A stretch of DNA of 64,000 bases, taken from positions 165,106,001 through 165,170,000 of the forward strand of contig OZ360221.1 of the NCBI GenBank assembly GCA_977017645.1. The letters run 5' to 3'. The notes below the pieces were generated by a model, which ran no database searches, was not told the DNA's origin, and saw nothing but the letters and a program-made list of their open reading frames with translations. Position numbers and translations under genes: made by a program. Of the stretch, positions 37,996 through 50,019 are shown piece by piece. How positions within the stretch are numbered: the first letter of the stretch is position 1; every line of letters begins with the position of its first letter. This DNA is from Torpedo marmorata (taxonomy: Eukaryota).

Positions 37996-38539
37996 ATCAA
38001 TCCTATCTTCTATCCTATCACAGACCTTCCCCTTTATTCTCTCCCTCCCTGTCCCTTGTTGGGCTTTTTTTTTTTTGTTTATCTCTAACATTTCCCAGTT
38101 TTAATACAAATTTTTCCAACTGAAATTCACCATTTGTGTCTTCACAGATGTTGTTTGAGCAATCCCAGCATTTTCTGTGTGGGTAGAAACCATTGCTAAA
38201 TTGTAGGTGTCAGTTTGCACCGGAAGTAGTGTTTGTTGCAAATGAGAGCTTCCTTGTATGATTACTTTATGAGGAACCAAGATTTAAGTTAGAGTCACAG
38301 TTGGTGTTAATGGCCTTTATTTTAGTTGTGATGTCTTTACCTGCCAATCTGTAATCTGGTAGAACTACAGTATTCTCTTAACCACTTTGTCAGATTGTAA
38401 TAAATTATATCAACGTTTCATTTCCAGACAGCAGACACGGTTGACTGGATCTATCAAGTTTCTTTGCTCAGTATCCTTCACCCCAGGGACCCCTGCACGT
38501 ATCCAGATAACATTCTGATGATGAACCTCTAATGTAGAA

Positions 38540-39485
38540 TAGATCCAAAGGAAAATATTTGTGAATTCATCTGGGTAGCAGAGATTGATTTTTGACTATG
38601 TTTAGTATGCTTATAAGGCTTAAAATAAGGTGGTAGGTTTACTCCTTATCACTGACAATGAAGTGGCTCCATTTTGGTAGTAGCCTGACACTGGATCTGT
38701 CAAGGCCAACATTTTGAAGATGTATTAAACCAAAAGGTATAGAGGAAACTATCAAGATGGGAAATAGGAAAACATGATGAGAGTGTACAAATTCAAGAAT
38801 AAATCAGTAGATAAGACTAGAAGTTACAAAATAATGGACACTTTAATGACTTTATTGTGAGGGCATAGTTGGGTTAGAGCTACCATTAATATGACTGAAA
38901 TCTGCATTTAGTTTGAGAGAGCAAAAAATGGATCCAAAGCAAGTATTTTATTCTGAAATAGGAGTCATTGCAAGGGTATGAAGGTAGAACTAGCTGAATT
39001 GAACTGGCAAATTAAATCAAAGGAGGTACAGTAGTAGATGTTTTCATTGATTTTTCAGAATTCACAGAATATATACCTTCTTTCTCTTTCTGCAAACCTT
39101 TTGATCGCCTACATTTCCTGAGGTCCTTGAACCCAACAGAGCAGCCAGTATTGATCTAGACACAAAATTCAGACATGGCATTGTCACAGCCCAGTTGATC
39201 TGGCAAGTTCCTCTGTAATCTATTGGGGCAGTGCGTGAATTGGGAGAGTAGTCTGGAATTGATAAACAATAGCCTGACATACTGTATTAAGCAGGGCATG
39301 CTTATGTGAGCAAGTCATGCATGTGCCACTGCTCTCCATCATTAGCCTTGGATACATCCTAACTTACAGACATTTAGACATGTACATGGATAGGAAAGGT
39401 TCAGGGGGTGTGAAACAAATGCAGGCAAATGGGACTTGCTTGGCCATTATGGTTTGTTTCCATGCTGTAAAACTCTATGACCAAT
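38540..39485 (+). mobile_element. Very decayed CR1 pieces (EN region about 38540-39060; 3' end about 39370-39485)
   Basis: ttagacatgtacatggatagg...gcaggcaaatggga...tccatgctgta CR1 tail. Confidence 0.5.
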
Positions 39486-39499
39486 CTTGCTGAGGGGGA

Positions 39500-40335
39500 G
39501 GCAAACCACCAACAACAACCTCGCACTCAATGTCACCAAAACCAAGAAACTGATTGTTGACTTCAGGAAGGGAAAACCAGAGGTTTATGATCCAGTGATC
39601 ATTGGGGGATCAGAGGTGGAGAGGGTGAGCAAATTTAAGTTGTTGGGAGTCACCATCTCGGAGGATCTTTCCTGGACCCAACACACCAATGGCATCATGA
39701 AGAAAGCATATCAGCGCCTCTACTTCCAAATGGAGTTTGCGGAGGTTTGATATGACATCAGAAACCCTGTCAACTTTCTACAGAGGTGTGGTGGAAAGTG
39801 TGCTGACCGGCTGCATCATGGTCTGCTATGGTCTGGTATGGGGACACCAATAACCCTGAGCATAAAGCCCTGCAAAAGGTAGTGGACACAGCCCAGGACA
39901 TCACAGGCAAAATCCTCCCCACCATCGAGAACATCTACGGAGAACGCTGCCATCGGAGAGCAGCAGCAATCATCAAGGGTCCACACCACCCAGAACATGC
40001 TCTGTTCTCGCTGCTACCATCAGGAAAGAGATATGGGCGCCACAAGACTCGCGCCACCAGGTTCAGGAACAGCTGCTACCCCTCCACCATCAGACTCCTC
40101 AACAACAAACTCAATCAGGGACTCATTTAAGGAATCTTACTTTTGCACTCTTTGTTTTTTTTTCTCTCTGTATTGCACAGTCAGTTTGTTTACATTTCTT
40201 TATTTGTTTACATCTGTACTTTGTGTACAGTTTTTTTTGCACTACCAATAAGTGGTAATTCTGCCTCACCTGCAGGAAAAAGAATCTCAGGGTTGTATGT
40301 GATGTTATGTATGTACTCTGACAATAAATCTGAAA
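39500..40335 (+). mobile_element. Rex1-type LINE 3' fragment
   Basis: NNLALNVTKTKKLIVDFRK; HHPEHALFSLLPSGKRY; GACAATAAATCTGA tail. Confidence 0.9.
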
Positions 40336-40479
40336 CATGGTATACTGGTGGCAGGAAGTTATGATCATTTACTCCAGACACTAAAATTATTTCAGGTCTT
40401 GTATGAGAAATGAAGGCCCTCCAGACGACCACTTTCATCACCTCTTCCAAGTTCAATAGTACTTTAATGAAACACTGAG

Positions 40480-40860
40480 AAAAGCACAGAAGGTTCGCTG
40501 GATGGGGTTCGAATGTTTATCGTCAAGAGAGGATTGGCAGTACAGACACTGTGGGGATTGGGTCTGCAGGAGACAGTGTGTGAAGCAACATGAAAGATGA
40601 ACTGATTTTAACCTTATCCTTACCAGTCTTCCTGTGGCAGATGATAGTCCTCAGAAATATGACAAATGCAGTCCTTGGAGAAACAACATCCCATTTTCAA
40701 CACCAAAGACTTCCTCCATCATGTGCACACCTCAATCATGTTCAATGGAATAGATTCTGAACAGTTCTGGCAGATCAAAACTGGGCATCTGAGACATGCT
40801 GTGCACCATCAACAGAAGTGTATATTATTAGTCTGTCAGCACCTGGTCTTACCCGACCAT
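40480..40860. mobile_element. Possible very decayed Penelope RT remnant
   Basis: FNGIDSEQFWQIKTG...CAP resembles a PLE RT motif. Confidence 0.3.
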
Positions 40861-40979
40861 TACATTCAATCCAGGTGATCAACACTGGTCAAATTTCTGC
40901 ACCTCTTTAATCAGCCATAGCAAGTGCTGTGAAAGCCCACTTTTACTGTATATGAGTACCCTTGAGTGATTCCAGGTGA

Positions 40980-41503
40980 CTGGGATGGGGACACCAATAA
41001 CCCTGAGCGTAAAGCCCTCTAAAAGGTAGTGGACACAGCCCAGGACATCACAGGCAAAACCCTCCCCACTATAGAGAACATCTACAGGGAACGCTGCCGT
41101 CGGAGAGCAGCAGCAATCATCAAGGATCCACACCACCCAGCACACACTCTGTTCTCACTGCTGCCATCAGGAAAGAGGTATAGGTGCCACAAGACTCGCA
41201 CCACCAGGTTCAGGAACAGCTGCTAACCCTCCACCATCAGACTCCTCAACAACAAACTCAATCAAGGACTCATTTAAGGACTCTTACTTGTGCACTTTAT
41301 TGATTTTTTAATTCTCTCTGTATGGCACAGTTTGTTTACATTTGTTACCTGTTTACAGTTCTTTATTTGTTTACACGTATACGCTGTGTACAGTTTTTTT
41401 TTGCACTACCAATAAGTGGTAATTCTGCCTCGCCCGCAGGAAAAAGAATCTCAGGGTTGTATGTGATGTCATGTATGTACTCTGACAATAAATCTGAAAT
41501 CTG
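40980..41503 (+). mobile_element. Rex1-type LINE 3' fragment, same family as 39500-40335
   Basis: High identity to 39835-40335 including the tail. Confidence 0.9.
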
Positions 41504-41559
41504 ACTGTGAAACGCTACTGACCTAATTGTCCATGTCTGCTATCCTGTCTACATTGATT

Positions 41560-42050
41560 GGACTGCAGTGAAGAGGGTGAGTGCCTTCAAGTTCCTGGGA
41601 GTCCACCTATTGGAGGACCTCTCCTGAAGCCAGCACACTGAGGCAACTATGAAGACACCAATGTCTCTACTTTCTAAATCTGAGGAGATTTGGCATGTCA
41701 TCAAATATTTATCAAACTTCTACGGGTGTACTGTGGAAAGTATACCGATTGGTTGCATCACGGCCGGGTTTGGAAACTTGAATGTCCAGGAATCCAGAAG
41801 GCTGCAGAATGTGGTAAACCTGACCAAGTCCATCACGGGTACTGGCCTCTTGTCCATTGAAGACAGTTATGTGAGATACTGCCTCAAGTAGGCAGCCAAC
41901 ATCGTAAAGGATCCCCATCACCTTGGTCTCAATCTCTTCTTGCTGCAACCTTAAGGCAGAATATACAGAAGCCTGAAGTCCAGCACTTCCAGATTCAAGA
42001 ACAGTTTTTTTACAACATCTGTCAGGCTCTTGAATCTCCCCGTACTACCC
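41560..42050 (+). mobile_element. Older Rex1-type fragment
   Basis: NFYGCTVESI...RLQNVVN. Confidence 0.8.
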
Positions 42051-43284
42051 TGATCTTAACCATAAACTACTCTGTGTCTTCAGATCAGAGTAAGGCCTTC
42101 AGCTCATCGTGTCTGCTCTGCCATTCAAATCATGTCTGATGTATTTTTCCTTTCAACACTATTCTCCTGCCTTCTCCCCATAACCTTTGATGCCCTTACT
42201 TAATCAAGAATATATCAACCTCTGCTTTAAATATACTCAATGACTTGACCTCCACAGCTGCATGTGGCAACAAATTCCATAGATTCACAAACCTCTGGCT
42301 GAAGAAACCTCCTCATCTCTGTTATAAAGGGACATCCTTTTATTCTGGGGCTGTACCCTCTGGTCCTCCATTCTGCCACTACTGGAAACATTTTTCCACG
42401 TCCACTCTATCCAGCCCTTTCAATATTCAGTATGTTTCGATGTGTGTGATCTCCCCTCATCCTTCTAAACTCCAGCAGGTACAGGCCCAGAGCCATCAAA
42501 TGCTCCTCAAACAGTATGTTAACCAAATCATCCCTGGGATCATTCTTGTAAACATCCTCTGGACCCTCTCCAATGCTTGTACATCTTTCCTTAGATAAGG
42601 GGCCCAAAACTGCTTGCAGTACTTCAAATGTGGTCTGACCATTGCCTTCTAAAGTGTCAACATTACATCTTTACCTTTATATTCTAGTTCTCGAAATGAA
42701 TGCTAACATTGCATTTGCCTTCCTTACTACTGACTGAACCTACAAGTTAACCTTTAGGGAATAATGTAATACACAAATATGCTGGAGAAACTCAGCAGGT
42801 CATGCAGCATTCATAGGAAGTAAAGGGTAACCAACGTTTCGGGCCTGGGCCCTTCATCAAGGAATACTTCCTGTGGATAGACAATAGACAATAGGTGCAG
42901 AAGTAGGCCATTTGGTCCTTCAAGCCATTCACTGTGATCATGGCTGATCATCCACAATCAGTACCCCGTTCCTGCCTTCTCCCCATATCCCTTGCCTCCG
43001 CTATCTTTAAGAGCTCTATCTAACTCTTTCTTGAAAGCATCCAGAGAATTGGCCTCCACTGCCTTCTGAGGCAGAGCATTCCACAGATCCACAACTCTCT
43101 GGGTGAAAAAGTTTTTCCTCAACTCCGTTCTAAATGGCCTACCCCTTATTCTTAAACTGTGGCCTCTGGTTCTCGACTCCCCCAACATCGGGAACATATT
43201 TCCTGCCTCTAGCGTGTCCAATCCCTTAATAATCTTATATGTTTCAATCAGATCCCCTCTCATCCTTCTAAATTCCAGTGTATA

Positions 43285-44218
43285 TGTAACAGAGTTAAAA
43301 ATGTCTTTTAATAATTTTTATTCTCAATTCTGTAATTGTGAATTTTATCTCAATGAGCCACTTGTAATTATTGCCATTTTAATAATGTTTCCAGTGGGAA
43401 TGAGTTTGGCGGTGCACACCCTGTGCACCTCCTAAGCCCCTCCCTTCCTGTTCCCCATACTGCTTGCTACCTTGCTTAGGGTAAGTGTGGGGGAACCTTG
43501 CTGCTGGGTTATTTTAATATTTTCTTTGGAAAATGAATTGGTTATTTTGTCAATCTCAATGTATATTGTTCATTGCTAATATTATTATGTTTTACAGTTG
43601 GTTTTGTATTGTTTTAATCATTAATGTAAGCTTTATGAACATTTTATCTAACTTGTGTTGAGGCGCCATTACCATGTGTTGATCATGTGACCCGAGATTT
43701 CATAGTGTAAATTCTGTTATTTTGCATGCTTAGGAGCAAAGGGGCAAAAAAGGAAGAAAACCCAGAAGACAATGGTTGTATTATTTTCTCTTCTAAAGGT
43801 ACAGAATTTCTTTGTTAATTGTATGATTTTGGCTAGTTAGTTTTTCTATGCAGTTTTTAACTTGCCCACCAGGTGTCACTGTTTTTCACTTTGTATATAT
43901 AGTTTTTTTATATAGTTGAAAAGATTTTAAAATGCAAAATGTTTTCCTGGGCAAATCTTAAAAGCTCTCGGCTAATACCGTGTACACTGAGTTGAGTACA
44001 TATTGAAATGTTAAAATACAGTATCTGTGTGTAGTTGAGGAAAATAATGAATGATATATACTGCTTGCTACCTTGCTTAGGGAGCAAAGGGGCAAAAAAA
44101 GGAAGAAAACCCAGAAGACAACGGTTGTATTATTTTGTCTTCAAAAGGGAGCGAATAAATCTTGGAAAACAATTGCGTGAGTCGTCTCTTTTTCTATGCC
44201 CTATGCAAACCCACTACA
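43285..44218 (+). repeat. 5' LTR of copy C
   Basis: TGTAAC...CTACA; repeats at 56327-57249. Confidence 0.95.
43457..44147 (+). promoter_or_regulatory. Inr plus putative exon1 (43457-43480), intron, exon2 (43734-43798), intron containing a spliced copy (44058-44147)
   Basis: CCATACT Inr; G/GTAAGT; cttAG/; AAG/GTACAG; exact junction copy; present in both LTRs. Confidence 0.7.
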
Positions 44219-44219
44219 T

Positions 44220-44233
44220 TGGTGCTGTGACTC
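44220..44233 (+). promoter_or_regulatory. Primer-binding site, tRNA-His
   Basis: TGGTGCTGTGACTC versus the complement of the tRNA-His 3' end, TGGTGCCGTGACTC. Confidence 0.85.
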
Positions 44234-44513
44234 TTTGGATCTTCAGATCAGATTGATGCTTATTGCCGTGGATGCTGTGCTGCCTTCCCGATCTGCATTT
44301 CAAGATTAATGTGTGGTCAGATTTAGATAAGACTGTGGATTTGGGCGTAGTGCTTTAAATTGTTTATCCTCAGTGAGTTAGAGACCTCTAAGTACTGTTG
44401 TATACATCGTTTTTGTTCTTTACAATAACTTGTCTTTCTACTCCATTTTCTTTCTGTATAAATATACACAATGCAGGTACATTTAATAGTTGAAATCGTA
44501 TGCTACAATATTA

Positions 44514-45949
44514 ATGGATGGGTCTGTTAGTCCTAGGTTGCCAGAGGTATGGGCTTTGAGCTTAGTGATACTGCTGACAGTAGGGATGTGCTCATATCTG
44601 ATAGTTGTGCAGATACGGAGTTGTACACTGGTTGTACTCCTGGTACTGGGTCCGTGAGAGAGGATCCCCACACTTCCACACCTGGCAGCGATGTGGATGC
44701 CATCCACCATCTCACAGACATGGTTAAGCAGTTATCTGCTCAAATGAAGGAATCCATTGTGGCAGATCTGAGGTCAGCTGGTGTTGTAAACAGGAATAGT
44801 GACCACCAGGCTACCTCTGCCACCCAGAACATACAATGTGATGTTGACAGACAGGACCTTCCACATGTGTTAGTCCATGTTAAACCTGATAAAGAACTCC
44901 AGACATTCAGAGGTGACAACACTGACAAACACTCAGTCCAGGACTGGATTGGCATGACTAAAACCCATCTCAGAAAGCAAAAGATTCCTGTGTATGAACA
45001 AGCGGAAGAAATTATGAGCCATTTGATGGGCAAGGCCAGGGACGTTGTGAAGATTGCCTTGCGTTGTAATCCTGAGCTTGATGTTAACCAGGAACCTGAA
45101 AGAATATACAATGTTCTCCTCCAATATTTCAGTGATGCCCCCTCATGTCTCCCTCTCACAGACCTTTATGCTACTCTGCCCAAGCACAGAGAAAACTCAG
45201 TCAACGACTGGATAAGGCTGAACAGGCAGCAGATCGGGCTCTTGAGGGCTTGTGCAGACAAGGAAAGCGAAGGGAGAACATGAATGATGAAGTGGCGCTC
45301 ATGTTTGTCAAGCACTGCCCTGACCCAGAGCTATCCTGCACATTAAAGTGTAAGCCAATTCACGAGTGGACCTCACGTGATGTTCAGCTGAGGATTAATG
45401 ATTACCAGAGAGAGTTGAGGGCTAGCAGCAGAACCACTGGGGTCGCACAGATTAAAAGCCACACCACGACCGTCACCTCTGAGCAGCCCAGTCTACCTTC
45501 ATCAAGCCTGGCATTATCTGAGCAGTGCCACATCCCGACTCCCTCATCTTACTCTCTCCAAGGCCAGCGTCATGTGTGTCATCCTCCTGGCCCCTCACAT
45601 ACATCTGTCCCAGTTCAAGGTGAAGTCCAACATGCTCCAAGCTATGCCCCTGTACCGGCTGTGGCACAAAATCTCCAACAGTCAGAGGAGAGGCTTCTCA
45701 CTCGCATGGTTGACATGTTTCAGGAGATGATGAAGAAAATGCAGCAGAGCGATACTTCTCATCTGATGCGAGGTGGGAGGTTCCAGCGTGCCTCTCGTGA
45801 CAGGCATCTCAGAGAAGCAGTTTGTAAGGTCTTTAATGACCCAGGCCACACCACCATTTCACACTGCATGTCTGAGAGATTGTGTTTTGCCTGCCTCGCC
45901 CCGGGCCACACCAGACTGAATTGCCCAACCCCAGTCTGAGGGAAACTAG
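44514..45949 (+). pseudogene. PNMA-like gag, frameshifted
   Basis: FRGD...VQDWI...LMGKARDVVK; CFACLAPGHTRLNC knuckle; ends GGA AAC TAG. Confidence 0.85.
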
Positions 45950-45982
45950 CTGACCTGTATTCGGAGGAAGGCAGTACAGGTC
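45940..45982 (+). promoter_or_regulatory. -1 ribosomal frameshift signal
   Basis: GGGAAAC slippery site; hairpin GACCTGTA/TACAGGTC 5 nt downstream; the -1 frame is open into ORF 46009. Confidence 0.8.
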
Positions 45983-48900
45983 GCACCACAGACTCCCAAA
46001 CCAACGACATGTCTGACGCTGAGAGAGTTTACACATCTGTGAGAAACCCGTGTGATGGCTCTGAGGTTGTTGTTTATCAGAATATTCACAAAGTTAGCAG
46101 TAGTGACAGTCTTTTCTACACACCTGTGGTGATGGGTGGAACAGTGAAAATGGGCAGAATGTTGGACAGTGGCTCAATGGCCTGCAGCATCAGTGAAACA
46201 GCCGAGATGATACTGAGAAAGGCTGGGGTGATTACGGACCAAAAGCAGATCGATGTGAATGTTGTCCTTGTTGGATGTGGCAGACTCCGTGTTAAACCAA
46301 AGTGTGCTTTTGACGTAGAGATGGAAGTATATGGCTGTAAGATATTCGTCCCCACACTAGTTGTCCCGGGACAACATGATAAGTTGATACGAGGGACCAA
46401 TGTTATCAAACACATCCTGCATCAGTCTAAGCTACGTGAGTCCTATTGGAAGACAGTGTCCGGCCCCTGCCCAGCCAGAAACCCTGAAACCGAACATTTC
46501 CTTTCTATGCTCTCTGGTCTGAGCCCCTGGAGAGGTGAAGATATTCCTGACAAGGTCGGTACTGTCAGGTGTAACTCAGCTACCTGCCTCGAGCCTGGTC
46601 GTGAATATCTCATCTGGGGACAACTGCCCAAACACACCGTTGTTTCCCCAGGCAGCACCATCATGACAGAGCCCACGTCGTCCCGCTTAGCTCCTAGAGG
46701 TGTTTTGGTCGCAAAGATTTAACTCCACTGTCGGGAGACAGGTGGGTCCCATTGAAGCTCATCAAAACATCTGACAGGTCTGTTCTGTTGAGGCGCAACG
46801 CAAAGCTGGCTGATGTCTACTCCTGTGTAGCGCTCGAGGACATGTGTAGCACCCAATGCCAATGTAAATTCTGCCAAAGACAAGCTCAGATCAATTGGGC
46901 TCAAGGCCGTTGACATCGAGTCATGTGAAGTGTCAGAGGACTGTAAGAGGAAGATGGCTGACCTTGTTTTGCAGTATGAGGACATTTTTTCACGCCACCA
47001 TCTCGACTGTGGGGAGGCGAAAGGCTTTGTGCACCGCATACACCTATCAGACAGTAAACCATTCAGGCTCCCATACAGGAGAGTGTCCCCTAGCCAGTAC
47101 CAAAAGCTGCGCCAGACACTGAGCGAGATGGAGGAAAAGGAAATCATCAGAAAATCGACGAGTGAATATGCATTACCATTGGTGCTTGTGTGGAAAAAAA
47201 AAATGGAAATCTCCGCATCTGCACAGATTTTCGCTGGTTGAATAAAAGGACACTGAAGGACGCTCACCCTCTTCCCCATCAGGCAGATTGTTTGGCAGCA
47301 CTGGGAGGCAACTACCTTTTCAGTACGATGGATTTGACCTCCGGGTTTTACAATATGCCACTCCATGAGGAGGACAGGAAGTACCCCGCCTTTACCACCC
47401 CCATGGGCCTGTATGAGTACAACCGTCTGCCGCAGGGCCTCTGCAACAGCCCTGGGAGTTTTATGCGCATGATGACTAGCATTTTTGGGGACCAAAACTA
47501 TTTGAGTCTGCTATGTTATTTGGATGATTTGTTGGTGTTTGCCCCTGACGAAGTGACGGCCTTGCTGCGCCTGGAGACGGTGTTTGACAGGCTGCGGTGC
47601 CATAACTTGAAGTTGGCCCCCGAAAAGTGCTTCTTCCTCAGGAGGTCTGTAAAGTTTCTCGGTCACATAATAGATGAGAATAGTGTTTCAACTGACCCCA
47701 GTAAAGTGGAAAACATCACTAACATGACAAGCACTGACCTCATGGAGCCTAATGGTGTGACCCCCTCACAGAGGCGGATAAGATCCTTTTTGGGCATGAT
47801 AAATTACTATAAACACTTCGTGCCCAGATACTCTGCCATTGCCAAGCTGCTCTTTGATCTGCTGAAAGGGGTAAAAGGGAAAGGCAAACATCTAAAAAAC
47901 AAACTGTCAAACAGGAAGTTGTGTGCGTCTGACTGGACATCGGAGCAGGTACAGGCCTTTGAAAACCTGAAGTCTTCACTGGTCCGCAGCATCAGCCTGG
48001 CTCACCCCGACTTCACCCGCCCCTTCATGCTATCAACTGATGCATCATTAGATGGCATAGGAGCTGTTCTGTCTCAAATTCCAGAGGGTAAAGAACGAGC
48101 CAGACTTATTGCTTTTGCCAGCAAGTCGTTATCTCAGTCACAAAGGAACTACCCAGCTCACTGATTAGAGTTTATGGCTTTGAAATGGGCAGTCTGTGAC
48201 AAGTTCAATCACTGGCTGAAAGGCCACAAATTCACAGTCTAGACGGACAATAACCCATTGACTCACATTCTAACGAAGCCGAAGCTAGACTGTTGTGAGC
48301 AATGCTGGGTATCCAAGTTGGCGAGTTACAATTTTGATATAAAGTATGTCCCAGGTTGACAGAACACTGTAGCTGATGCCCTGAGCCGTATACCATTTGT
48401 CAAGGAGAATGTTGGCCACAGGCTGCTCGCTGAACCGTATGCAGGTCTTCTCACAGAGGTCAAAGATATGTCGAGTATCTCAGTCCAAAATGTCTTCCGG
48501 TCATCCAGTGGTCACAAGAAACCCTCTCCAATAAGTAGTAATGGCCAGTCTGCATGCAATTCACTGCACATGTATGTATGCTCAGTCTTCTGCAGTAGAG
48601 GATGTGCCTGCTGTACTACAGTCGCACATTGAATGGGATGCTGGTCCGAGGGCTCGTGCTGTTGAAGTGTTGCAGTAGCTACCTCAAATGATTCCACCTG
48701 GGCAGGACACCTTACCTGCCTATACCGAAAAGGCCTCCGTGATAAGCAGTTGGAAGATAGAACTCTCTCTCGTGTTATGTTCTATGTTGAGAGACATCGG
48801 AGGCCTTCTAGGAGAGAAAGATTTAAAGAGTCTGTCTCTGTCACAAGATACTTGAAGCACTGGGAAAGACTTACTGTGAGAAATTATGTGCTGTACAGGA

Positions 48901-49628
48901 TCTCGAGGGATCAGAGAACCAAGGCAAAGCGCTTTCAATATGTTGTCCCTGACTCACTTAAGGTCAAGGTTCTGCACGGAGTTCACGACGAAGCCGGACA
49001 TCAAGCTCAATTCAGGAGCGGCAGCTTGGCGAGACAGAGGTTTTTCTGGCCAAACTTTGAATGAGATGTGAGAGACTATGTTCGTCAATGTCAGCGATGC
49101 ATCGTCAGCAATACAGCTGAGCCTGAGGGAAGAGGCCCCCTGGGGAGCATAACATCAACCAGGCCACTGGAGCTAGTCTGCATTAAATTCTGGTCGGCCG
49201 AAGACTCCAGAAAAAAGTTTATTGATGTCTTGGTGATAACTGACCATTTCACAAAGATGGCTCAGATGTTTCCATGTAAAGACCAGACGGCTAAGCAGGT
49301 GGCAAGGGTTCTCTGGGATCGGTATTTCTGTGTTTTTGGTTTCCTAGAAAGGATCCAGAGTGACCAAGGAGCTAACTTTGAGAGTCAGCTCATAAGTGAG
49401 CTCCTCAGGGTCTCAGGTGTCAGGAAATCACACACAACCCTTACCATATAATGGGAAACACGAGCGCAGAATGATTCAATCGGACCTTGGGCTGCATGAT
49501 CCGTGCATTTCCCCCTGAACAGAAAGCCGACTGGCCGCGACGATTGCAAACTCTGACGTTCATGTATAACTGAACCACGGACCCGAGGAGTGGAGATACA
49601 GTGCTCCCGTGGAGTCCAACCGCCCAAT

Positions 49629-49884
49629 TGATACACCTATCAATGACTCACCAGAGGCAGGAAGTAATGGGAGATCGAAAGGCTTTTATTAGCAGTAAGA
49701 CTGAGCCTAGGTTAAGTCACAGTTAACCTGCTGAGACCTGCTGGACTATCCCGGAACTGGAGGAGGGGTCAGTGGCTCAAGGCCTTTATTCAGGGAGGAA
49801 GGGGGAGGAGCCACCGGGATAGACAGCAGGGCGTGCTCAGACCTATCCCCAGCCCCATAGTTCATATAACAGTGGTTTACCACA
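49629..49884 (-). repeat. 3' LTR of copy D
   Basis: TGTGGTAAACC...GTGTATCA. Confidence 0.95.
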
Positions 49885-50019
49885 TTCACCCCTCCTTTTT
49901 AAAAAGAGTCCACCGGGGTGACGAGGCCACCGTGATTATTTACACACACAAAACGCGTATCGCATGTAGACAGATATATACAAATATATATACAGTTACA
50001 ATTACAGTTACAGTTAAAT

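Noticed and set aside
38428-38532. Possible exon after tttcatttccAG
   Set aside because: No clear donor, stops when joined to candidate upstream exons, and it borders decayed CR1
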